Origin: an uncultured virus (IMG/VR IMGVR_UViG_3300037963_005433)
Taxonomy: Duplodnaviria; Heunggongvirae; Uroviricota; Caudoviricetes
Direction: 5' to 3' (one strand)
DNA length: 64,000 nt
Virus record (IMG/VR): IMGVR_UViG_3300037963_005433
Coordinates: 1 to 64,000 of that record
Shown: one piece after another, positions 36,118 to 44,658 of the stretch
Layout of the letters: every line of letters starts with the position of its first letter
Numbering within the stretch: position 1 is the stretch's first letter
Position numbers and translations under genes: made by a program
Notes under the pieces: generated by a model
The model's input: only the letters and a program-made list of their open reading frames with translations
Told to the model about the DNA's origin: nothing
Databases searched by the model: none

Positions 36118-38718
36118 ATGGCCTACATTGGACAGCAACCGGTAGTCGGTCGTTATATCCTCCTGGATCAAATTTCAGGAGGGTTTAATGGGACGACCAG
36201 TGGATTCACAATGTCCACCGCTGGTGGTGTTCAAGGCGTAAACCCAGGCCTTGCCCAAAACGTTTTATTGTCACTAGGTGGCGTTATCCAGCAGCCCGGA
36301 GTGGATTACACCATCTCGGGCTCTGGTATTACGTTTACAACCCCACCAGTTTCTGGTACAACCTTCTTTGCTACTGTCCTTGGTGATGCGCAGTCCGTTG
36401 GGACCCCAAGTGACGGTACCGTAACTCCTGCATCAATTGCGAGCGGGTTTGATTTTGGTTTCCCTAATGTCAATGTCACTGGTGTAATCACCATTGCATC
36501 AGGCAGTGCCGCTACGCCCTCACTGTCTATAACCGGGGATGTAGATACAGGCCTATACAGCCCCGCTGCTAACGCTATTGCCGTTACAACATCCGGTAAT
36601 GAGCGGATGCGTATCGACAGCTCGGGGCGGTTGTTGGTTGGAACGACCAGCGCAGTTGATTCGGGAGCCACTTCAAGCCTTCAAGTAGTAAACACCAGTA
36701 CAGCCATCATTGCTCTTGGGCGCGATGACTCGTCTATCAGCGCAGGAAACGATCTTGGAGCAATAAGGTTTTACGGCAATGACGGCGGTTCGTATCAAAT
36801 GTGCGCCGAAGTTATTGCAGAAGCAGATGGAGACCACGCGAATGACGATAAACCTTCACGGCTTGTATTTTCTACCACGGCAGATTCTGGTAGCAGCCCG
36901 GCGGAGCGAATGCGCGTCGGGAGCGATGGTAAAGTATTTTTTGGCAATTTTACTTCAGTTGGAGCTACTGCTTACATCGAGAAAGCAACAAGTGGTAGTT
37001 TTGAGCTAGATATTGTTGCAAGCCGGTCCACAACTACGAACCGAGATATTCGATTTTTCTCAAGATCGGATACAGAGTCGATGAGAATCGACACCTCGGG
37101 GCGGTTGCTGATTGGGACGTCTTCTGCAATCAATAGTGACAATTCTCCAAGTTTAGAAATAGTAGACACATCAACCGCTGTTTTAAGCTTTGGGCGAAAC
37201 GACACAACGATCAGTGCAGGAAATGCTCTTGGCTCTATAAAGTTTTTTGGAAATGACGGCGGCTCTTATCAACAATGTGCAGAGATTACTGCAACTGCCG
37301 ACCTTGATCACGCCAACAATGACAAACCAACCCGCCTAGTGTTCTCGACTACTGCAGACGCTGGTAGTAGCCCGACAGAGCGCATGCGTATCGACAGCTC
37401 AGGCAACGTTGGTATTGGTGTTTCGTCGCCCTCAAAAAGACTCCACGTTTCCAGCAGTAGCGCTGGAGTAGAAGAAGTTCAATGGCTAAATAATGCTCAA
37501 GCAGTTGGCGCTAATGTTGGAGCAGGTTTAGTTTTTACTGGCACAACAAGCAATAACGGTCTTGCGAGAATCGTAGGTGCATTCCAAGGCAGCGGAACTG
37601 GTGACGGTGGTTACTTGAAATTTGACACCAGGGCTGAGACCAGTGGCACATTAACCGAGCGGATGCGTATTGATAGGGCTGGGCGGTTGTTACTTGGTAC
37701 GACTTCTGCACGCGCACACCTTAATGATGGCAGCGACTCAGGACATTTCTTTTTAGAAGGAACTACGCAAGATACAACCACCTTAGCTATTGTTAGAAAC
37801 TCAGATAACGACGGTCCAGCTCACCTTGTTTTAGGTAAATCTAGAGGAGGATCAGCGAATTCGACGACTCGTGTCAACAATGGTGACACTATTGGGCACA
37901 TCAATTTTGAAGGTGCTGATGGCACTCATCTAATTAGGGCGGCACAAATTTCTTGTTTGGTGGCCGGAGACCCAGGTGCAAACGATATGCCTGGGTTATT
38001 AAAGTTTTCGACTACCCCTGACGGGTCAAATGCCCTGTCGGAGCGGATGCGAATTGATCGCGACGGACGGTTGATGGTTGGGAAATCAAGCGCCGGTGTA
38101 TCTAGTAGAGGCCCTGAATTTAGAACCGGAAATAATGATTATGCCGTAGTTTGTACGTCAGAAGATCATATTCCACAGGTCGTAAATCGCCTTGGTGATG
38201 AAGGGCAACTAATTCAATTCCGTCACGCTAATAGTACTGAAGGGGATATCTCTGTTTCTGGTAGTACTGTTTCATACAACGGTGGTCACTTGTCCCGTTG
38301 GTCACAACTTGCAGGAGGTGCAGCACGCATTGAAATTTTACGTGGCTCTGTGCTGAGCAACCTTAATGAGATGTGCGAGTGGGGAGAAGAAAACAACGAG
38401 CAGCTGAACCGCATGAAAGTCAGCGATGTCGAAGGTGATGCCAATGTTTCTGGCGTTTTCCAAGGATGGGACGATGACGATGACACCTACACCAACGACT
38501 TTTACTGCGCAATGACGGGTGATTTTGTTATCCGTATCGCTCAGGGCACCACCGTTGCACGCGGTGATCTGTTGATGTCAGCCGGTGATGGAACAGCAAA
38601 ACCGCAGGATGATGACATCGTACGTTCTAAAACCATCGCCAAAGTGACGAGCACTACTGTCTCAACAACTTATTCCGATGGCAGCTATTGCGTGCCGTGT
38701 GTTCTCATGGCTTGTTAA
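36118..38718 (+). CDS. Tail fibre protein 2
   Basis: MAYIGQQP start, six ERMRI-type repeats, C-terminal SRWSQL..GDLLMSAGDGTAKPQ..CVPCVLMAC domain. Confidence 0.85.
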   Translation: MAYIGQQPVVGRYILLDQISGGFNGTTSGFTMSTAGGVQGVNPGLAQNVLLSLGGVIQQPGVDYTISGSGITFTTPPVSGTTFFATVLGDAQSVGTPSDGTVTPASIASGFDFGFPNVNVTGVITIASGSAATPSLSITGDVDTGLYSPAANAIAVTTSGNERMRIDSSGRLLVGTTSAVDSGATSSLQVVNTSTAIIALGRDDSSISAGNDLGAIRFYGNDGGSYQMCAEVIAEADGDHANDDKPSRLVFSTTADSGSSPAERMRVGSDGKVFFGNFTSVGATAYIEKATSGSFELDIVASRSTTTNRDIRFFSRSDTESMRIDTSGRLLIGTSSAINSDNSPSLEIVDTSTAVLSFGRNDTTISAGNALGSIKFFGNDGGSYQQCAEITATADLDHANNDKPTRLVFSTTADAGSSPTERMRIDSSGNVGIGVSSPSKRLHVSSSSAGVEEVQWLNNAQAVGANVGAGLVFTGTTSNNGLARIVGAFQGSGTGDGGYLKFDTRAETSGTLTERMRIDRAGRLLLGTTSARAHLNDGSDSGHFFLEGTTQDTTTLAIVRNSDNDGPAHLVLGKSRGGSANSTTRVNNGDTIGHINFEGADGTHLIRAAQISCLVAGDPGANDMPGLLKFSTTPDGSNALSERMRIDRDGRLMVGKSSAGVSSRGPEFRTGNNDYAVVCTSEDHIPQVVNRLGDEGQLIQFRHANSTEGDISVSGSTVSYNGGHLSRWSQLAGGAARIEILRGSVLSNLNEMCEWGEENNEQLNRMKVSDVEGDANVSGVFQGWDDDDDTYTNDFYCAMTGDFVIRIAQGTTVARGDLLMSAGDGTAKPQDDDIVRSKTIAKVTSTTVSTTYSDGSYCVPCVLMAC

Positions 38719-38734
38719 GTATTTATTTAAAACC

Positions 38735-39022
38735 ATGGTTTTTAAAATCCTAATTACCGTCCTTGCCTTGGCACCCAACGCCTTGATTGGTTACGTTTAC
38801 TTCAATCGTGATGCAATCATTCAGCAACAGAAAGACGCTCTAATGAAAACATTGAGTGGTCAAATGACTGAACAACTCAGCAAACAAACCAAAGCTCTTA
38901 CAGGCAACATGGACTCTTTGTTTACTGATAAAATCAAACCAGAAATGGACACCCAACATCAAGGACAACTTGATGCGCTGCCCAAGGAAACCGGCCCTGC
39001 GATTCCTTTCACAACACCGTGA
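38735..39022 (+). CDS. Membrane-anchored hypothetical protein
   Basis: N-terminal TM helix; likely ATG at 38735. Confidence 0.6.
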   Translation: MVFKILITVLALAPNALIGYVYFNRDAIIQQQKDALMKTLSGQMTEQLSKQTKALTGNMDSLFTDKIKPEMDTQHQGQLDALPKETGPAIPFTTP

Positions 39023-39756
39023 TCAATATTCCGGACATTGGGATACGATCCATACGGATTGTGCAAATTCCTGATGTCCACTCTTGGACACAAATTGCAC
39101 CGTTAAATATTCCTCATGCACCACCAGTAACTCTAGAGATCGGCCTACCGATTATCAATATACCTGGTTGTGTTGAAGCACATGAACAGAACAATAAGTC
39201 ATCCACGATCTTTAAAGATGACAGCAACGGTGTAAAAGTATTTTGTGATGCAGGAGTACCTTCATACAATCCAATCGACTACAACCCAGAGCAATTAATA
39301 TACACAACCATCCCTGGCGTCCCCAATACACCAACATCTCCTCCTACCGAAACACCTGCGGTCCCTAGCCAACTACCTAGTCCTGGAGCGGGTTTTAAGC
39401 CCCCTGCACCCAGTAACGACGAAGAGGAATGCACGGAAAACTGCGAGGAGCAACCAAAAAAAGTTGAAGAAATTAAGCCGAAAGAAAAGTTAGAACTTAC
39501 CGATTATTTACCTGACTTACCTACAACAACTACTACAGCAGCTATTGCGATTGTTGCGACTTCCTCTGCTCTATTAGCAAAGCCGCTTGCCGACTTGCTT
39601 CTAAAACTGATAAAGCCGACTGTGAAGAAGGCCCAGAAGAAATTGCTTGACGCACTTGGGAAGAAGACGAAGACTGAATCGGTGCGTGAACGTGTTCTTG
39701 CTCAACGTGATCGGAACCGTGCGATTCTTGCTTTACGGCGGGCTCTGAAGAAATAG
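39019..39756 (+). CDS. Pro-rich cyanophage conserved protein with C-terminal hydrophobic helix
   Basis: IG.PIINIPGCVEAH..CDAGVPSYNPIDY; TAAIAIVATSSALLAKPL. Confidence 0.7.
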   Translation: MINIPDIGIRSIRIVQIPDVHSWTQIAPLNIPHAPPVTLEIGLPIINIPGCVEAHEQNNKSSTIFKDDSNGVKVFCDAGVPSYNPIDYNPEQLIYTTIPGVPNTPTSPPTETPAVPSQLPSPGAGFKPPAPSNDEEECTENCEEQPKKVEEIKPKEKLELTDYLPDLPTTTTTAAIAIVATSSALLAKPLADLLLKLIKPTVKKAQKKLLDALGKKTKTESVRERVLAQRDRNRAILALRRALKK

Positions 39757-40546
39757 GAATTGAATGTGTATGCTGTGGAAGATGTCCTGGTGGATTAACC
39801 AGGATTACATCCTCACACACCTTGAAATACCGTGATTTGGGATGAAACATAATACCTTCCTTCATTAAATTTCCACAATGTTTTAATCTTCCGATCTCAA
39901 AATCTAATCTTTTTGTAGCCAATATTTGTTGCTGTATTGCAGTCTGAGTATCCACTGCTGTCTTACAACGCTCCTGTAATCCACCATCCAAAGGAATAGA
40001 TAGCGTGGCAGACAGGCCAAAATTAACGTTATTCGAATTCTTTTGCCCAGTGCGCACAGGGACTTGGTACAAAACATCTCCCGGATTTAGCAGATTTCCA
40101 TCATCATCTGCCCGCATGTCATACACATTATCCATATAGTGTGATTCATATGGAACTTGCCAAGAACTACCTGCTGTTACAAAGGGAGTAACGTTCAGCG
40201 TTGGTCCCTGGCAGCTGATTCCATTTGAATAAGTGTTGGTGATGTAGGGTCCTTGTAAAACCTGGATTGCCTGGTTTGTAACTGAACCGCTACTGTTAGC
40301 AATAGGATTAGCAGTTGCACTAACACCACCGACAGTATTGCTGTAAGCCGGAGAAGAAAATAAGGTGGCACAACCTATTGCGTAAAGATAGACGTGGTTT
40401 CTGTGACGCTTTGAATCTCGGTGGTTCTTTCGATCACCGTGTGGTTCGATAGACCTGCACCTTGGTAGGTCTCTGTGAACGTGAAAGCGCCACCAGGTGT
40501 TTGCAACGACCAGTTGGGCTTGTTTTGTAAATCCAAACCAGTCCAT
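39542..40546 (-). CDS. Secreted cyanophage conserved protein (start uncertain)
   Basis: ATANPIANSSGSVTNQAIQVLQG..CQGPTLN..SIPLD..RLDFEIGRLKHCG. Confidence 0.7.
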   Translation of the reverse strand: MDWFGFTKQAQLVVANTWWRFHVHRDLPRCRSIEPHGDRKNHRDSKRHRNHVYLYAIGCATLFSSPAYSNTVGGVSATANPIANSSGSVTNQAIQVLQGPYITNTYSNGISCQGPTLNVTPFVTAGSSWQVPYESHYMDNVYDMRADDDGNLLNPGDVLYQVPVRTGQKNSNNVNFGLSATLSIPLDGGLQERCKTAVDTQTAIQQQILATKRLDFEIGRLKHCGNLMKEGIMFHPKSRYFKVCEDVILVNPPGHLPQHTHSIPISSEPAVKQESHGSDHVEQEHVHAPIQSSSSSQVRQAISSGPSSQSALSVLEASRQAALLIEQRKSQQSQ

Positions 40547-40830
40547 GTGCTAGTGACTCCGTTCACCGTATTGCTGTTTCCAGTAACAGCCCTTGGTGAA
40601 ATACTAGCTCCTGAATGTTTAATATTGGTACCAGTCACAGAATACTGAAAACCCGTGTTGTAGTCCATTGAGTTAATAACTTCAGAAACTTTTGTCGTTG
40701 TTTCTGTCCTGGACGTCATCGACCCCTGCTGGAAGTTGGGAACCACCGGAACGCTATACGCTGACTGAAATAATCCATGAAGAATCCCCAGGATTAAACC
40801 TAGTCCGATACCTTCTTGTAATCGTGTCAT
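40375..40830 (-). CDS. Secreted beta-rich protein
   Basis: Signal peptide ending AYS, then VPVVPNFQQGSMTSRTET. Confidence 0.75.
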   Translation of the reverse strand: MTRLQEGIGLGLILGILHGLFQSAYSVPVVPNFQQGSMTSRTETTTKVSEVINSMDYNTGFQYSVTGTNIKHSGASISPRAVTGNSNTVNGVTSTWTGLDLQNKPNWSLQTPGGAFTFTETYQGAGLSNHTVIERTTEIQSVTETTSIFTQ

Positions 40831-41331
40831 TTATCGCACAGTCACTTCGGTCACAAATTGACCGATCGCAGTTGTACCTGCGCCACCAGGATTGATCGTA
40901 GTAATACCAGCCGAATTGATTACGCCACTTAGGGTACCAGCCACACCGCCTGCAGTGGTAGTCACCGTTCCGTAAGCAGGTAAATTAGACACAGTGCCAG
41001 TGGAAACAGAGACACCTGTAGGAATAGCATCACCATAGGTAAACGACTCAGACAGGCTGAAAGCAGATCCTGAGGTAGAAATTCCATAGCTACCAGCTCT
41101 TAAAGTTGCGGCGGCGGTAACACTTGCGGGTGCGGTCAAGCCACCCATGGTCGAAACACTTGCGTTATTTCCTGCAACAGAATAAGTACTACCAATGCGC
41201 GTTGCTTGTGTAGCAGCAGCATCAACAGTGAGCTGCACCGATGAACTCATTCGATGGATAATATCCGCTTGTGCAGCGCCAGGAGCCAAACTTAATACTG
41301 CAGCTGTAGCCAAGATAGTTTGGGTTTTCAT
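40831..41331 (-). CDS. Secreted beta-rich protein
   Basis: Signal peptide ending AQA, then DIIHRMSSSVQLTVD. Confidence 0.75.
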   Translation of the reverse strand: MKTQTILATAAVLSLAPGAAQADIIHRMSSSVQLTVDAAATQATRIGSTYSVAGNNASVSTMGGLTAPASVTAAATLRAGSYGISTSGSAFSLSESFTYGDAIPTGVSVSTGTVSNLPAYGTVTTTAGGVAGTLSGVINSAGITTINPGGAGTTAIGQFVTEVTVR

Positions 41332-41399
41332 TACTTATAGGTTACTTATACCCCAAGTTTACCATTGGGTAAAATTAGGATTGGGGATTATATCTAACA

Positions 41400-41720
41400 A
41401 TGAAACTAGGACCTAACCCAAAAGAATTGACTGAATACTTAGGTAGTTTAGTTCCAGTAGGTGTCCTCACTTGGGCTTTGGCAGTTTTGACTGCAAGCTA
41501 CCTTGGCATTGCGACCAAGATCGATGCAGCTTTTATTTCGTCTTTGGTAACAAGTGTTCTTGCTGTGTACGGCATCTCTAAAAAAGATGACAGTAAAAAA
41601 GGCACTACAATAAAGAAAGTTACCCCAACCGAAGGCAAGGGTAAAGAAACGTCTCCAGACCAGAAATTCACTGCTCCAAAGATCCCATCGCCGGATACCG
41701 GAAATGAAAAACAAAGCTAG
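41400..41720 (+). CDS. Two-TM membrane protein (holin-like candidate)
   Basis: Two hydrophobic helices and a basic C-tail; TAAAAT at 41370-41375. Confidence 0.6.
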   Translation: MKLGPNPKELTEYLGSLVPVGVLTWALAVLTASYLGIATKIDAAFISSLVTSVLAVYGISKKDDSKKGTTIKKVTPTEGKGKETSPDQKFTAPKIPSPDTGNEKQS

Positions 41721-41865
41721 AGACAAACAAATTAAGGTGAATGTTTGTTGGGAAACAGCAGACGAACGCAAGTGCCACACGTTTAATAAGGACGAAGCCT
41801 ATGCATTAAAAACCGCCATCGAAAATGACGGCGGCACAGTGTGGTGGTTTAGCCCTGTCGAGTGA
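41704..41865 (+). CDS. 53-aa protein MKNKARDKQIKVNVCWE... (not in ORF track)
   Basis: Read by hand; fills the gap. Confidence 0.55.
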   Translation: MKNKARDKQIKVNVCWETADERKCHTFNKDEAYALKTAIENDGGTVWWFSPVE

Positions 41866-42027
41866 TCACTCTTTAGGGAATAAGCCGTTCTTGATAAATA
41901 ACACGGCTTGGTCGTCGATGGTGTTGTCCGTACTTTCCGCCAGCTTGGTGAGAAGATCTACGATCAGCTTCTTGACTTGTGCGGAGTTTAGAAAAGCAAA
42001 CAGGACGGGACGAATTAAAGCAATCAT
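41866..42027 (-). CDS. 53-aa protein MIALIRPVLFAFL..TDNTIDD (not in ORF track)
   Basis: VKKLIVDLL..STDNTIDDQAV motif, recalled from cyanophages. Confidence 0.7.
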   Translation of the reverse strand: MIALIRPVLFAFLNSAQVKKLIVDLLTKLAESTDNTIDDQAVLFIKNGLFPKE

Positions 42028-42049
42028 TTTGTTACCGGTATAGTCTCAC

Positions 42050-42499
42050 TTATTCTACGTATATAGGACGATAAATAAGAATAGATTTTGAAGAGTCAAT
42101 AGCACTGACCTCCAAATCTTCATGTTTAGCAAACCATTTCTTCCAAACTCGATACTGTTTATCAGCCGCAGTTGATTCACAGCAGATAAGAATGGCATCC
42201 CCTGGGGGAATTTCGGTCATCCATTTACGAACCAGGCGGATAGCAATAGCTTGCGTCTTATTGCAATCCTTACCTGTCAAATTCGTATTCAGGCGTAATA
42301 CGGATCTCCTCCTGTTCTTTTTGTTCAGCCAATCGTTGATCTGACGATGTGACTTGCCGATTGCCATGCTGGCAAGCCAGACGCACCTTCCCTGCGTAAA
42401 AGTCCACGGGAGCAAGCGCACCTTCAAGATCTGGTTCTGGGCTAAAAAAGTCGTCGAAATCTTCCTGGTCCGTCGTATACGCCCAGGTTTCTTCTTCAC
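42050..42499 (-). CDS. Basic hypothetical protein
   Basis: 149-aa ORF in the operon. Confidence 0.55.
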   Translation of the reverse strand: MKKKPGRIRRTRKISTTFLAQNQILKVRLLPWTFTQGRCVWLASMAIGKSHRQINDWLNKKNRRRSVLRLNTNLTGKDCNKTQAIAIRLVRKWMTEIPPGDAILICCESTAADKQYRVWKKWFAKHEDLEVSAIDSSKSILIYRPIYVE

Positions 42500-42505
42500 T
42501 TGCCA

Positions 42506-42646
42506 TCAAACGTCGTAAACTTTACACATTGGAGCAGAAGGATTGTGCTCGCAGTAACACTCTACACAAGTTACTTCGCCTCTATCACATGGACAAGAAG
42601 ACTTTTTACCGAAGAGATTCTTAAACGTTTTAAAGACTTTTTTCAT
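42506..42646 (-). CDS. cp12: Miniature CP12-like protein (46 aa)
   Basis: C-terminus YCEHNPSAPMCKVYDV matches CP12 (Y/F)CxxNPxAxECxxYDD; ATGA coupling with the upstream gene. Confidence 0.65.
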   Translation of the reverse strand: MKKVFKTFKNLFGKKSSCPCDRGEVTCVECYCEHNPSAPMCKVYDV

Positions 42647-43368
42647 GGTCTTGTTGCAAGTGGTACAAGAACTTGAGGGAAGGGGTTGTCGGGTGTGTGT
42701 TCCCGATCCCAGGCAGTTTGCCATTCCGACAAGGAGTGTTCGTGTTCAGTCGCCCCAGTAAAGTCTGGGCCTAAGTCACATTGTATTGCACTTACTTCAA
42801 CCGTGTCTTCATAAAGAATCCTGGAAAAATCCTCAAGCAGAAGTAACGGAATCGGATCCGCAATCTCGATAACTATACCAACAGCATAATCAATTAATTC
42901 ATTACGTGTATTTGAAATACACAACATATAGTCGCCAGGATTTAACGTGAAATACAACTCATTCCCACGGTCAATACGAGCAGCATTAAAGGTGTTATAG
43001 AAATCTGAAGTAGCTCCCATGAAGGAACCTGCGTAAGGATATGCAACGTTACCGTCACTATCCCTGGTAGCAATACTGTCTTCTTGAAATATGTTTCTTG
43101 CTTGTATTGGATTGCGATTTAAATCATATGCAGACAGGTTTATATGTTTCGATCTATCACCGCCTTTAGCTGTAATAATCCAGCCAGGTGTATTTAAAGT
43201 AAATTTAAACCAGTGGTTATAAGTATTGCCGCCATAGCCACCCTGGACTACCTGGTTGGTTGGCCCAAGCTTTCCACGGAGATATCGAACCGAGGTCTGT
43301 GCAAATGAGCCAATTGGAAACGGATCACGGGATGTCCGCTGTCTTTGGCTCAATTGGTTACGGGCCAT
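42643..43368 (-). CDS. Hypothetical protein with PPC-like beta-sandwich
   Basis: NHWFKFTL..LNPGDYMLCIS pattern. Confidence 0.6.
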   Translation of the reverse strand: MARNQLSQRQRTSRDPFPIGSFAQTSVRYLRGKLGPTNQVVQGGYGGNTYNHWFKFTLNTPGWIITAKGGDRSKHINLSAYDLNRNPIQARNIFQEDSIATRDSDGNVAYPYAGSFMGATSDFYNTFNAARIDRGNELYFTLNPGDYMLCISNTRNELIDYAVGIVIEIADPIPLLLLEDFSRILYEDTVEVSAIQCDLGPDFTGATEHEHSLSEWQTAWDREHTPDNPFPQVLVPLATRP

Positions 43369-43385
43369 TATTTATAATTATTTGT

Positions 43386-44048
43386 CTATCCTTCATCATA
43401 ATCTGGGGCATCTTTAACACAAAGAGGATGTGCAATAGTCGGTTTGTATTGATTTTGCACTACTTCCTGTGTCTTGCCGAGGAGTCGGGCACGACTCATA
43501 AGCATTAGTTTCTCCGCTTCATATTTTGTACAGAACGGATGAATACGTTTGGGTGGCATGCCTGCGTTCCAAGTAGACACCATATGTAGTGGGTTGCCAC
43601 ACCAAGGGTTTCCGCACACCCTGGTAACCAACATGTTTCCGATATCTCCCCAGGCGGCCTGATAAATCGCTTTGTGGACGGTTATATTTTCTGATTTCTG
43701 CCTGCTATAAATCGCTCGATATGAAGGAAAGCAAATGCGGCGAGGAGTTTTAGTACCCGGTAGATCCAATTTCCAGCACTCATTTATATCAGATACCCCA
43801 ATTCGCTTCCAAAGTTTTTCATATTTAACTTTGTATTCAGGATCCATGTAATTGATATCGAATCCGCAAATGTTGGAGCGAATCTTAAGGACGCAGTGAT
43901 AGCACCAGTGATGCTCCCTGTCTCGAATGGTATGCCCATGAGGACAGACAAATCCTCTGTAGTAACCATGTTCTCGAAGTTCTTGGTCACTGCAAAGATG
44001 TATGTCCCGCACGTAGCGGAACACGGGGACGTTTGTTCTATTTGCCAT
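43386..44048 (-). CDS. Zn-binding HNH/His-Cys-like endonuclease-related protein
   Basis: CPHGH..CYHC; ECW..VHKAIY..RVCGNPWCGNPLHM. Confidence 0.7.
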   Translation of the reverse strand: MANRTNVPVFRYVRDIHLCSDQELREHGYYRGFVCPHGHTIRDREHHWCYHCVLKIRSNICGFDINYMDPEYKVKYEKLWKRIGVSDINECWKLDLPGTKTPRRICFPSYRAIYSRQKSENITVHKAIYQAAWGDIGNMLVTRVCGNPWCGNPLHMVSTWNAGMPPKRIHPFCTKYEAEKLMLMSRARLLGKTQEVVQNQYKPTIAHPLCVKDAPDYDEG

Positions 44049-44049
44049 G

Positions 44050-44376
44050 TCAGCTCCAGGGGTCCAGATAGTGTCGTTGTGGTCTCATTCTGTGACTGAC
44101 TAGCAGCCGCAGACGGTTGTCTTTTTCGGTGTTTAGTACGTCATGAACGACTGCGTGATTGTCTGGACACTCCTTGGTGCGTAGGTAATAGACAATCCGA
44201 TGGGCCAGAAAAATTTCATTGTCGATTGAGACCATGTAATACCCAGTGGGCTTGTCTCGTCTTGTTACAAATTTATCTTTTTCAACCCATTTCAAACCAC
44301 TGGGATGTTCGTCGGTGAGTTCCAAAAGCTCTTGCAATCTCCAAATGGAGGGAAGCTCCTTGTAGACCCGCGACAT
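44050..44376 (-). CDS. HNH_3-like endonuclease-related protein
   Basis: GYYMVSID..FLAHRIVYYL..VVH..DNR; likely ATG at 44376. Confidence 0.65.
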   Translation of the reverse strand: MSRVYKELPSIWRLQELLELTDEHPSGLKWVEKDKFVTRRDKPTGYYMVSIDNEIFLAHRIVYYLRTKECPDNHAVVHDVLNTEKDNRLRLLVSHRMRPQRHYLDPWS

Positions 44377-44554
44377 AGAAACACACAATGAGAGAGAATT
44401 TTTCTATATCTAGTATAGATGACATCTTGAGCAAGATGTAATGGTTCATTGTGTGTTTTTGTGTGTCTCACGAGAAGCGCAATGAACACGTACATCTTGC
44501 CCAAATTGTCATCTGCTTTACCTATAAAAGAAAATACGTTCATTGTGTGTTTCT
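44377..44554. repeat. Nested imperfect inverted repeat, candidate replication origin/operator array
   Basis: 44377-44391 pairs with 44540-44554 (15/15); 44417-44451 pairs with 44480-44514 (29/35); three AAACACACAATGA copies. Confidence 0.75.
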
Positions 44555-44604
44555 CTGCACCGCAGGATTCTTGGTTTGGTCTCAATCTAAGACTTATAGA
44601 CCAT

Positions 44605-44634
44605 AAAAAAGCCTCTCGCGGGGGACGAGAGGCT
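44605..44634 (-). terminator. Rho-independent terminator
   Basis: AGCCTCTCG/CGAGAGGCT stem with T-run on the minus strand, after the GT4 gene. Confidence 0.85.
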
Positions 44635-44658
44635 CGGGCAGCTCAACTACGCTCGGGC

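Noticed and set aside
33323..38718. Possible diversity-generating retroelement acting on fibre tips
   Set aside because: No reverse transcriptase and no adenine-specific TR/VR pair seen; the repeats are internal coding modules.
42270..42509. 79-aa acidic ORF overlapping 42050..42499
   Set aside because: Cannot tell whether both frames are real; there is no motif support, although its ATG is coupled to the cp12-like stop.
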